A DNA stretch of 63,995 nucleotides, filler included, from Hausera hauseri (lineage: Eukaryota): the NCBI GenBank assembly GCA_046269625.1. It is 12 parts of 12 records of this genome, joined end to end, with 100 filler letters (N's around TTAATTAATTAA, not from the genome) between each part and the next. Parts side by side here need not be neighbours in the genome. Positions count along the whole stretch, not along the records: positions 21,787 to 25,970 come from JBJURY010714326.1; positions 26,071 to 32,965 come from JBJURY010053774.1; positions 33,066 to 39,876 come from JBJURY010063329.1; 9 more parts are not named here. The stretch is one strand, 5' to 3'. The position numbers and the translations under genes were made by a program. The notes under the pieces are model-generated. The model searched no databases and had not been told where the DNA came from. It worked only from the letters and a program-made list of their open reading frames with translations. The first letter of the stretch is position 1; each line of letters opens with the position of its first letter. Shown piece by piece: positions 24,117-33,299 of this stretch.

Positions 24117-25004
24117 AAAGCCTTGATGATTTATAATTTGATGATAATTCGCATTGTATTGGTTAGCAGTCTTGAAGTTTGGATAATTATTTTAAATATT
24201 TGATTATTTGAATTAGAAATTAGGAATATGGTTACAGTTTGGGGTGGCCCTTACCTTCTCCCACTATAACAATATTATCATCAATTTAGAGTTTGCTACT
24301 GGAGCAGATTAGGATTACTCAATCTCGAGTAATCGGTTTGTGCCTTATTAATTTTAAAAGAATTTAATTGTCTTGCTGGTACTGTATGCGATAATGAATG
24401 CCTCAATTTACTAATTCTTGTCTTAACTATATGAGTTTACTCTTGATTTTAACCTTAGGGTAGTACAAATCAGCCTTAAGGGCCGATGGAAAACTATATA
24501 AGGATTTTAGAACAAATTAAATAAATAACCTTTATTGATACACCAACTAACAATCAGTTGCAATCAGATACGCTTGTATAATGTCAGTAAGTAATTCAGA
24601 TGAATATCGTCAAAATCAATTTGGTAATTTGCTGGGTTGTTCGACTCTAAGTCGTACACTGAACTGTTTCTCAATACTGTATTAATTCGATCTCGTTTCA
24701 CTGTGAAACTAATCGTGAGAGTTCGTTCACTGTTAATTTAGTTCGAATAGATTGATGCGATACTAAGTCGCAAGAGTTGTTCGGTTATTCTGTTTCCATA
24801 CTGTATATATACTATTGGACTGGACTAATTATGTACAATTCTAATCAATTCCTTTATTTCTCATCGGTGAATACTAGATAATAATCAAATCTACTTTTTA
24901 ATTTATACAACTGTTCCTTCACATGGTAATTTTATTTAGTCAGATTAATATACAATTGTTTATTCTCATTCACAGTTATACTCGACTCTCGACTGCTGAC
25001 TATT

Positions 25005-25298
25005 TCACAAGTATATACACATCTGCCATCTGAACTCTTTGAAGGAGTTTTCCACATCCTTTTGAGAAACAAATATTTTTTTTGAATAAAATTGTCCAAA
25101 GCCTGGAAAAAAGCAAAAATCGGTTGGTGTAAGATCTGGTGAATATGTTGGGTGAAAAAGAATTTCTAAGTCTAACTCTTTTAGTTTTAGTAGCATTTTT
25201 TGTTCAATATGTGGCCGAGTGTTGCCTTGCAAAAGTATTGGCCGATCTCTATTGACTAACCTCGGTTGCTTAATTGCAAGCTATTTCATCATGTCATC
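25005..25298 (-). mobile_element. mariner transposase remnant
   Basis: PILLQGNTRPH...LFHPTYSPDLTPTDFCFF. Confidence 0.85.
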
Positions 25299-25494
25299 AG
25301 TAGGTAGATGTGAGTCCACTGCACCATACCCCCTCCCCGGGGAAGGAAATTTTTTTTTGCTTCGCGGATGAGTCATGGGGTAGAAAAAATTACACACACA
25401 TACACGCTTAATAGGGCGGAGATAGAGGACACACAGTCAGAAAGTAAATACACACAGGCAGTCGTATTGTATGGTTTTTTGGTAAGTGTAAAAA

Positions 25495-25655
25495 TTTGAA
25501 TTTGGCGCGAAAATTTTGTTTTAATTGTGAGTGAAGAAAGGGATTTCTAGTGCCAACTGGGTTTCACTATTCCCACCCCCCCCAATTAGTGTAATCTGAT
25601 TGGTCGGTTCTTTTGAAAAAATTTTTGTTTTATTTTTGGCGGTCGGGTATAAATA
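25495..25655 (+). promoter_or_regulatory. Candidate promoter with CHR+E2F, CCAAT and TATA
   Basis: TTTGAA-TTTGGCGCGAAA (25495-25512), CTGATTGG (~25596), TTTGGCGG (~25635), TATAAATA (25648-25655), about 30 nt before ATG 25684. Confidence 0.5.
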
Positions 25656-25683
25656 TAGGCCTTAAAAATCAGTTGAATGTAAA

Positions 25684-25970
25684 ATGTTTCAGACAATTAA
25701 CTCAAAAACATTGTCTAATTTCAAAATGCGAATGAATGCTGTTTCAGTATTGATACATTTGAAAGAAGAAGAAATTTACTGTGCATTGAATACAGTGCAA
25801 AAATTGTTTACTACAACAGTTGATTTAGCATATGTTGCACCAGAGATATTGTTGGAAGTGATACAAAACAGATTGATTAATGTCAGTCCAATAATCGGTA
25901 AAATAATCAGAATGATGGAAGAATTGCAAAACAATCAGAAAGAACTGAACAATGCAATTAATGACTTTAC
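25684..25970 (+). CDS. Unknown protein, 3' truncated by contig end
   Basis: ATG-started open frame behind the promoter motifs, with a coiled-coil-like end. Confidence 0.45.
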
Positions 25971-26070
25971 NNNNNNNNNNNNNNNNNNNNNNNNNNNNNN
26001 NNNNNNNNNNNNNNTTAATTAATTAANNNNNNNNNNNNNNNNNNNNNNNNNNNNNNNNNNNNNNNNNNNN

Positions 26071-27210
26071 TCCTCTGTCCTCCCCTCTGTTGGGAGCTGC
26101 TGGTGACCAATCAGGACGGATGGGCTCCGTCATGGTGGCCGCAGTGCACATGGCCGGGCGGGGAGATGGAGAGGGTGCGGCAGAAGATGCAGGTGAAGCT
26201 GGGTGTGGTGGAGAGAGGTGAGAGGCCTCGTCCAGTTCATCCTCTGTCTCCACAGCCTGGTCCCGTTGTTCTGGAGGGGAGGAGGGGTGAGCAAGAGGGG
26301 CAGGAGCCGAGTCGGAGGAGGACGCAGACGATGAAGAGGACGATGGTGAAGCTGTCTTCTTCTCCCTCGTCACCAGGTACGTCTGTGCGTCCTCTGCGGT
26401 CCCCAGATCAAATCTCCTGCCCAGATTGCGCTTAGCCCACTTGATGGCAACCTCCAGAGGAGCTTGGAGGTCACCACCAAAGCCAAGCAGCACCCGCTTC
26501 TCAGCTGCACGCACCTCTGCATAATGGTCCCTCAGAATGGTGATGGTGGTGAAGCCCCAGTTCTTAGCGTTGCCCTCAATTAAACTGAGGGTTTTGTTGC
26601 TAGGGTGGGCAGGCTTGATGGTGGTGGCCAAATCAGAGGTGATCCGCTGTATGGCTGGCGGGTAGCGGTCACCTCTCGACACATTTTTAAGGTGGTGTGT
26701 CGCTTTAAGCAGCCTGTACATGGCCCTGACCTTTTCAGTGAAGTCCGGGTCATCAGACTGCTGGTGGTTGTCGTGGCTGGATCCCGCGTTCCGCCTCCAG
26801 GGACCGTTCCTCGGCTGCCACTGTTGTTGCCGCCTTTGTCCACCCCTCTGCTGCTGCCGCTGCTGCCGCGGCTGCTGTCGCTGTCCACCTCTGTGTGGTG
26901 CTGAATTCCCGTTCCTCCAGCTGCGGGAGCGGGGGCGGGGGCGAGGCTGTCGGTAGGACCGAGATCGGTCCTGCGGTGGACCGAAGCTCCTGCTGCGGCC
27001 AGATGGGCGGCCGCGGGTCACGGAGGCATAAGTCGGTCTCCGGTGCTGCGGTGGAGGACCCCAGTAGCTTGGTGCGCCCCTGTGCGTGTAGTGGTCTCGG
27101 TACGCTGGCTGCCAGGGGCGCTGGCTCTCGGGCTGCCGGGTCCGTTGTCTGCCTCCGCGGCGCCGAACCGTGGTCCAGTCCTCCCAGTCTTGGTCTCGGT
27201 CCCACGCCAT
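26071..27210 (-). CDS. ORF1 of the downstream tandem copy (partial)
   Basis: Close paralogue of the N-terminal half of ORF 32771-30612, open until the contig end. Confidence 0.9.
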
Positions 27211-27393
27211 TAAGATCCAAGATCCAGGAAAAACTATTAAAACTATCTAATAACTAAAAACTGACTGTAAAACAATCTGCTGTATTATTAAAAAATAATA
27301 AAATAATAAAAAAATAATAAAAAAGAGAATATGAAAACCGAACTGTTTTTAAATGCCGTCAGGCACTTTAATGACGAACATGAGAACAGCAAA

Positions 27394-27437
27394 CAAAAGC
27401 AACGTTTCGGTTCTAGTCAACCTTCCTCAGGCCTTTG
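27394..27437 (-). ncRNA. Minimal type I hammerhead ribozyme
   Basis: Minus strand CAAAGGC-CTGAGGA-A-GGTT(GACTAG)AACC-GAA-ACGT-T^GCTTTTG. Stem I CAAAGGC/GCTTTTG, core CUGANGA...GAAA, 4-bp stem II, palindromic ACGT stem III, as typical of Penelope pLTRs. Confidence 0.88.
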
Positions 27438-27464
27438 CCGTCTCAACTAAACAGATCGGTTGAA

Positions 27465-27580
27465 AAGTGACTATATACAGCAGAGAAAATTCAAATTTCG
27501 AACTCAAACATCCTTTAAACAGTCAGCGGGCTCTGATTGGCCCATCAGGAACAGGTGTGAGCGTCATAAACAGGAAGTAG
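27465..27580 (-). promoter_or_regulatory. Putative pLTR promoter
   Basis: TATATA at ~27472-27477, about 35 nt upstream of the hammerhead; CCAATCAGAG at 27531-27540; ETS-like CAGGAAGT at 27571. Confidence 0.5.
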
Positions 27581-28392
27581 GGAGGAGCGAAGAAGAAGAA
27601 CAGAGGTTGCGCTGCCTCCCCCTTCTGTCAGAACTGAAAATTACAATTTAAATCAAAATAATCCGGTAAATGTATTTACAGAAATAGAAACATAACTGTA
27701 CAGGCAAATTGTAATATACAATATATACAGTATTCACCAAAATACATTATTTACAGATATTTACAATATACATGGCTTTGAATGGCCTTTATAATGGTAT
27801 CAAAATATATATTATATACACTTTATTTACAAAAATAGCTTTAGTGATGCACAGTGTCTAGTTTTCTAATTAATTTATTATTATCATTACTAATTAGGGG
27901 AAAATTAGGTTAGGGTTAGGCAAGAAATCCTGTGAGGTTAGGGTAAGTGCAACATATCAGGGCAAGGACATACAATGGGATATTTAAAACAAACCACAAG
28001 CTGGGAGTAAGAAATTAGGATTAGGCAATAATAACAAAATATCCGGGTCAAAGAGCAATGTTGGCTGAACCACAGGTGGAGGACAGAGGCCTCTAGAAGG
28101 AGAATCAAGATGTGATGGTAAGTAATTTTGAATATTTATTAACTCAGTGTTTTTCTTTCTTTTGACAGGAGCTGGAATCCCTCCCAGGTCATCAGAGAAG
28201 ACAGGCCGCACGGGACAAACCACGGCACGAGGCACTGGCCAGTTAGGATCAGAGTTTGGGTAGGAGAAGGGTGAGGTTCAAGGTGAGGGATCAGAGGTCC
28301 AAGAAATTGAACCCCATTCTCCCCTCCTCTTACCTTCTTCCCCCCTCCAGGTTTGCACGGGCACATCATGCCAGGAGCATCCCATGCGGAGC

Positions 28393-30834
28393 CTATCTCA
28401 CATTCAGACCTCTGGGAATGAATGTGTCCAGCTTCTGGATCCACAATCCTTCAGCCCTTCTCCTCTGGGCTGAAGACCATGCTGGGTTGCATTCCAGCAC
28501 CAGTGCTGAAACAGAATCCCAGCCATGGCATGTAAAGTGCTTCACTAGGGGCAGATGTGTTTTCTTTTGTTTTAGAATGTTGTGTCTATGTTGGGCGAAA
28601 CGGGTGAGGATGCTGTTACCCGTCTCGCCCACATAATTGACTTTACAGATCCGGCAAGTAATTAAATAAACACAATTTTTTGATTTGGGGTTTCCTGATT
28701 GATCTAATTTGAAAATTGTGTTATTAAATTTGTTCTGCACCCAGTGAAGCTGCTTAAAGAACCCACTCTGACCTTTGACCTTTGGTGTTTTTAAAGGTCT
28801 CACCTCAGCTCGGACGAGGAAATCCCTCAGGTTTTTATTTCTTTTGTAGGCCGCAATTATTTTATGGTTTGGAAGCAAAGCAGTGTCGGATTGGAATTTA
28901 GTAAAATTGTTTTTGATATTATATACAAATTTTCCGGCTGAGGAGGAGAATGTAGTTATCAGAGGGAGTAAGGGAGATACATCGAGGGGTCTGGACTCAA
29001 GGAAGTTCTTCCTGCATGCTCTCAGGAATGATCTGGAATATCCTCTCTTACCAAGAGCAGAAAACAGAGTGCTAGTTGCTTCCTCAAAATCTGTTTTCTG
29101 TGTGCAAATCCTATGAAATCTGAGGAGCTGTGATTTAATTAGGCCGGCATATGTATGCCTGGGATGATAGCTAGTTTTAAATAGAAGAGCATGTGTGTCT
29201 GTGGGTTTAAAATATACTTTAATATCCAATTTATGTGTTGTGTCAAAATTTACTCCTTTATAAGTGTGAGTGTCCAGGAAGTCGACCGCTTTAACGCTGG
29301 TGCTGGACTTCACTGTAATCGATGGGTTATGTGTGTTCAAGTGCTGGAGGAATTCCTGGAATTCAGCTTCAGAATGGGTCCAGACCCCCCAGATGTCATC
29401 CAGATACCGGAAGTAGTGCAGAGGTTTTTTCCGGCACGTACTCAGGGCACCTTCTTCCCAGTTTGCCATAAAAATATTTGCATAGGCCGGTGCGAACTTT
29501 TTGCCCATTGCTGTGCCTTTAATCTGAAGAAAAAACTCCTCGTTGAAAACAAAGTCGTTTCTCCTCAGATTAATCTCCAACAGCTGGATGAGTTCTCGAT
29601 CTGGCCTCCTCGAATCTGGATATTTCAAAAAGATGTTTTTAATACAGCCAATTCCTTCATCTATATCAATATTTGTATACAAACTGTCTATGTCAATTGT
29701 GAATAAAATAGAGTCCTGGGGTAGACAAATTGATTTGATCTTATCCACAAAATCATATGTGTCTTTAATATAGCTTTTATGCAGGATAGATAAAGGATAT
29801 AAATAGTGATCAATAAACTCTGCTGTGTGGTAAGTTTCACTCCCACAGTCTGACACAATCGGTCGGCCGGGGGGAATTTCAAATTTCTTTGACCAGGCGC
29901 TGGGCTCCTTGTGGATTTTGGGGAGGAGATAGAACCTCCTGGCCCTGGGTTCAGAGGAGCCGCGCAGGTAAGATTTCTGTTTTGCATTAATGAATTTCTT
30001 TTTATGTAGATCGTTTAGAATTTTGTTTACTAGAGGGATTGTGTCTAAATAAATGGGAGTGTCCAATTTTTTATAATATGTTTCATTATGTAACTGTTTA
30101 TATCCCTCCCACAGGTACTGCTCCCTGTCCAAGATGACAATGGAGCTGCCCTTGTCAGCAGGTTTGATCACTATATTATTATTATTAATTAGTTCTTTTA
30201 AGGCTTTAGTTTCTGCTATTGTTAGATTCGGTATGGTTTTAATAAGTTTGAAATCATTATCAAAATATTTTAGATCCTTAGAAATCAATTTGTCCACCTC
30301 AGAAGGGAGAGAGGTGATTGGAGGAGCCCAGTCGGATTCTGGCATAAAAGGTAAGTTGTTATTGTTGTTGCCAACCTCATCTTTATAATAAATAGCCAGT
30401 TTGATCCTTCTGTGGTATTTTTGTAAATCAAACCTCATCTGCATCTTGATTTCCTTAGGTTTATTACCGCCCTCAGAGGGGATGAAAGTGAGGCCCCTGT
30501 TTAAAAGGGAGCACTGTGCATCACTAAGAATAAATGTTTTGGAAAGATTACATACATTATTATTTACAATATGAGCATGCCCCTCCTGTCCAGGCAGGCT
30601 TCCGGGGGCCGCTAGTTTAACCACTGGCTCCAATGGCTGAACATGCGAGCCGCAGTAGCCTTGGACCAGTGAACGTTGTCCCCATTCACTGTGAAGGCCC
30701 GCCTCTCCAGTGCTGGGATGAAGCGGCTCAGCTGTGAGATGTTTATGTTCATGTGCGTGAGGGTCACCTGTTGTTCCTGGGGTAATGCCGGTGAGAAATT
30801 CACCGCAGGGACAAAAATCTCTGCATTCGGGCAT
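28393..30834 (-). CDS. Penelope-like reverse transcriptase with GIY-YIG endonuclease (intact)
   Basis: VCNLS..LS....LLNRGLTFIP, KPADKG, LPKIHK, GRPIVS, DIDSLYTNI, GTAMG..FAP.YAN, RYLDD, and endonuclease CVYLITC..C...YVGET...RF.QH...HF...E..WI..L.T..P.GLN. Conserved homology starts near 30560. Confidence 0.96.
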   Translation of the reverse strand: MPECRDFCPCGEFLTGITPGTTGDPHAHEHKHLTAEPLHPSTGEAGLHSEWGQRSLVQGYCGSHVQPLEPVVKLAAPGSLPGQEGHAHIVNNNVCNLSKTFILSDAQCSLLNRGLTFIPSEGGNKPKEIKMQMRFDLQKYHRRIKLAIYYKDEVGNNNNNLPFMPESDWAPPITSLPSEVDKLISKDLKYFDNDFKLIKTIPNLTIAETKALKELINNNNIVIKPADKGSSIVILDREQYLWEGYKQLHNETYYKKLDTPIYLDTIPLVNKILNDLHKKKFINAKQKSYLRGSSEPRARRFYLLPKIHKEPSAWSKKFEIPPGRPIVSDCGSETYHTAEFIDHYLYPLSILHKSYIKDTYDFVDKIKSICLPQDSILFTIDIDSLYTNIDIDEGIGCIKNIFLKYPDSRRPDRELIQLLEINLRRNDFVFNEEFFLQIKGTAMGKKFAPAYANIFMANWEEGALSTCRKKPLHYFRYLDDIWGVWTHSEAEFQEFLQHLNTHNPSITVKSSTSVKAVDFLDTHTYKGVNFDTTHKLDIKVYFKPTDTHALLFKTSYHPRHTYAGLIKSQLLRFHRICTQKTDFEEATSTLFSALGKRGYSRSFLRACRKNFLESRPLDVSPLLPLITTFSSSAGKFVYNIKNNFTKFQSDTALLPNHKIIAAYKRNKNLRDFLVRAEVRPLKTPKVKGQSGFFKQLHWVQNKFNNTIFKLDQSGNPKSKNCVYLITCRICKVNYVGETGNSILTRFAQHRHNILKQKKTHLPLVKHFTCHGWDSVSALVLECNPAWSSAQRRRAEGLWIQKLDTFIPRGLNVR
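30579..30621 (-). promoter_or_regulatory. Candidate -1 programmed ribosomal frameshift signal (ORF1 to RT)
   Basis: G_TTA_AAC directly before the ORF1 TAG, a 5-nt spacer, then GCCCC-cggaag-CCTG-cctgga-CAGG-a-GGGGC stem-loop. The RT ORF is in the -1 frame. Confidence 0.7.
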
Positions 30835-32771
30835 TTTACCCCAGCTGCCCTCAGCGCCGCTCTCATCTCTGTGACCACAGACTTTTTGTCCCTCTGGGTC
30901 CTGTGGTTGATGCCCACAGAGATGATCAGCCTCTCAACGTGCTCCATCACTGGCGCCTTGCTGAAGAGGCTGGTGATGTGCCTCCACTTTGCGCCAGGGA
31001 AGCTGTCCACCTGCAGATCTGGGTTAGTCCAGTCAGGCAACTTTGCCACATTAGAGTCCCCCAGAATAATAAATTTTTTATTTAAGTTGAGGGACCAGTG
31101 GCGTGTTTTGTTATGGAATCCCACCTGTCTGGCTGCAACAGTTACCTTACTTGCAGGTGGAAGCGTGGAGGAGACCGGGGTTGGAGCAGATGACCTTGCT
31201 CCAGCTTTGAAGGTCAGACGTCGTTGTGTGCTGACAGCCAATCTGCGCTGGAGGGGAGCCAACCTAGGTCTCAGCAAGTACCTCGTCTCAGCCTGTGTGG
31301 AGTCAGAGGTCTGGGCTTGTGGAGGAGGTGCTGCAGCTGGAGCCCGGTATTTGTTGATTTCCTCCTGGAGGAGTTCAGAGATGATGCTGATTTCCTCATC
31401 CGTGGCAGAAGCTGCTGCCACAGTAGGCTGGAGAGAAGGAGGAGACATCGGGGGAGGAGGAGAAGAGGTCCTCGACGCTGCCGGGCTGGAGCTGTCTATC
31501 TCCACCAGAGAGCTCGATGGTCTCCTCTGGCGTCGAGGGAGGGGGGCTGCCACCTCAGGACTTGTTGGAGGAGGAGCAGGGGGGGTCATTGTTCCTCTGT
31601 CCTCCCCTCTGTTGGGAGCTGCTGGTGACCAATCAGGACGGATGGGCTCCGTCATGGTGGCCGCAGTGCTCATGACAGGGCGGGGAGATGGAGAGGGTGC
31701 GGCAGAAGATGCAGGTGAAGCTGGGTGTGGTGGAGAGAGGTGAGAGGACTCGTCCAGTTCATCCTCTGTCTCCACAGCCTGGTCCCGTTGTTCTGGAGGG
31801 GAGGAGGGGTGAGCAAGGGGGGCAGGAGCCAAGTCGGAGGAGGACGCAGACGATGAAGAGGACGATGGTGAAGCTGTCTTCTTCTCCCTCGTCACCAGGT
31901 ATGTCTGTGCATCCTCCGCGGTCCCCATGTCGAACCTCCTGCCCAGATTACGCTTAGCCCACTTGATGGCAACCTCCAGTGGAGCTTGGAGGTCACCACC
32001 AAGACCTAACAGCACCCGCTTCTCGGCTGCACGCACCTCAGCATAATGGTCCTGCAGAATGGTGATAGTGGTGAAGGCCCAGTTCTTAGCGTTACCCTCA
32101 ATTAAGTTGAGGGTTTTATTGCTAGGGTGGGCAGGCTTGATGGTGGTGGCTAAGTTGTCGGTGATCCGCTGTATGGCTGGCGGATATCGATCACCTCTCG
32201 ACACGTTCTTAAGGTGGTGTGTCGCTTTTAGCAGTCTGTACATGGCCCTGACCTTTTCAGTGAAGTCCGGGTCATCAGACTGTTGGTGGTCGTGGCGGCT
32301 GGATCCATCATTCCGGTCCCAGGGACCAGTCCGCTGTTGCCACCGCTGCTGCCGTTGTTGTTGTTGTTGCCGCGGCCGCCACTGCTGGCGCTGCGCCTGC
32401 TGCTGTCGTTGCTGGCGCTGCCGCGGCTGCTGCTGCTGCCGTCGCTGTCCACCTCCGCGTGGTGCTGAACTATAGTTCCAGCTTCGAGAGCGGGGGCGGG
32501 GGCGAGGCTGTCGGTAGGAACGAGATCGGTTCTGCGGTGGACCGAAGCTCCTGCTGCGGTCAGATGGGCGGCCGCGGGTCACGGAGGCATAAGTCGGTCT
32601 CCGGTGCTGCGGTGGAGGGCCCCAGTACCTTGGTGCGCCCCTGTGCGGGTAGCGGTCCCGGTCCGCTGGATGCCAGGGGCGTCGGCTCTCTGGCTGCCGG
32701 GTCCGTTGTCTGCCTCCGCGACGCCGAACAGTGGTCCAGTCCTCCCAGTCTCGGTCTCTATCCCACGCCAT
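30612..32771 (-). CDS. ORF1: R/Q-rich N-terminus, helical domain, P/S linker, C-terminal SGNH/GDSL hydrolase
   Basis: 719 aa. All four SGNH blocks are present: ILGDSN (I), FPGA (II), VGINH (III), DNVHW (V). Confidence 0.9.
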   Translation of the reverse strand: MAWDRDRDWEDWTTVRRRGGRQRTRQPESRRPWHPADRDRYPHRGAPRYWGPPPQHRRPTYASVTRGRPSDRSRSFGPPQNRSRSYRQPRPRPRSRSWNYSSAPRGGGQRRQQQQPRQRQQRQQQAQRQQWRPRQQQQQRQQRWQQRTGPWDRNDGSSRHDHQQSDDPDFTEKVRAMYRLLKATHHLKNVSRGDRYPPAIQRITDNLATTIKPAHPSNKTLNLIEGNAKNWAFTTITILQDHYAEVRAAEKRVLLGLGGDLQAPLEVAIKWAKRNLGRRFDMGTAEDAQTYLVTREKKTASPSSSSSSASSSDLAPAPLAHPSSPPEQRDQAVETEDELDESSHLSPPHPASPASSAAPSPSPRPVMSTAATMTEPIRPDWSPAAPNRGEDRGTMTPPAPPPTSPEVAAPLPRRQRRPSSSLVEIDSSSPAASRTSSPPPPMSPPSLQPTVAAASATDEEISIISELLQEEINKYRAPAAAPPPQAQTSDSTQAETRYLLRPRLAPLQRRLAVSTQRRLTFKAGARSSAPTPVSSTLPPASKVTVAARQVGFHNKTRHWSLNLNKKFIILGDSNVAKLPDWTNPDLQVDSFPGAKWRHITSLFSKAPVMEHVERLIISVGINHRTQRDKKSVVTEMRAALRAAGVKCPNAEIFVPAVNFSPALPQEQQVTLTHMNINISQLSRFIPALERRAFTVNGDNVHWSKATAARMFSHWSQWLN

Positions 32772-33299
32772 TTGGATCCGAGATAAAGCTAATAAAGCTA
32801 ATAAAAATATCTATTAAATAAAAGCTGACTGTAAAAAACTCTGCTGTCTTAGTAATTAAAAAGTAAAAAATAATAATAAAAAATAATAAAAGAGAGGAAA
32901 ACCGAACTGTTTTTAAATGCCGTCAGGCACTTTAATGACGAACATGAGAACAGCAAACAAAAGCANNNNNNNNNNNNNNNNNNNNNNNNNNNNNNNNNNN
33001 NNNNNNNNNTTAATTAATTAANNNNNNNNNNNNNNNNNNNNNNNNNNNNNNNNNNNNNNNNNNNNCGCATATTACGACAATATAACAAAATAAGCTAAAT
33101 TGAGTGAGTGAATTAGTCCTAAAGCACGGTAGGTTAAGTTGAGAATTTAATGCACCATGTTTGTCGTAACATATTAAGAATTGCTCATTCGTTGGTTGAA
33201 ACGAATAATTGATTCAAATTATATCGAAAAATGTATGACATGGTGCATCAGTTCTCTTTTCTAGGATTGACTTGATTCATGATTGTATTGGATTTGCAG

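Larger units (their letters stand above)
26071..32965 (-). mobile_element. Penelope-like retroelement in head-to-tail tandem (ORF1-RT/EN-UTR-hammerhead-ORF1')
   Basis: RT plus GIY-YIG ORF and a hammerhead motif. 26071-27401 repeats ~31593-32965. Confidence 0.95.

Noticed and set aside
24231-24255. TACA-GTT-TGGGGTGGCCC as an LTR end plus PBS
   Set aside because: No convincing tRNA complement and no gag downstream.
30676-31743. 355-aa antisense ORF over PLE ORF1
   Set aside because: Shadow frame of a GC-rich coding region; no domain recognised.
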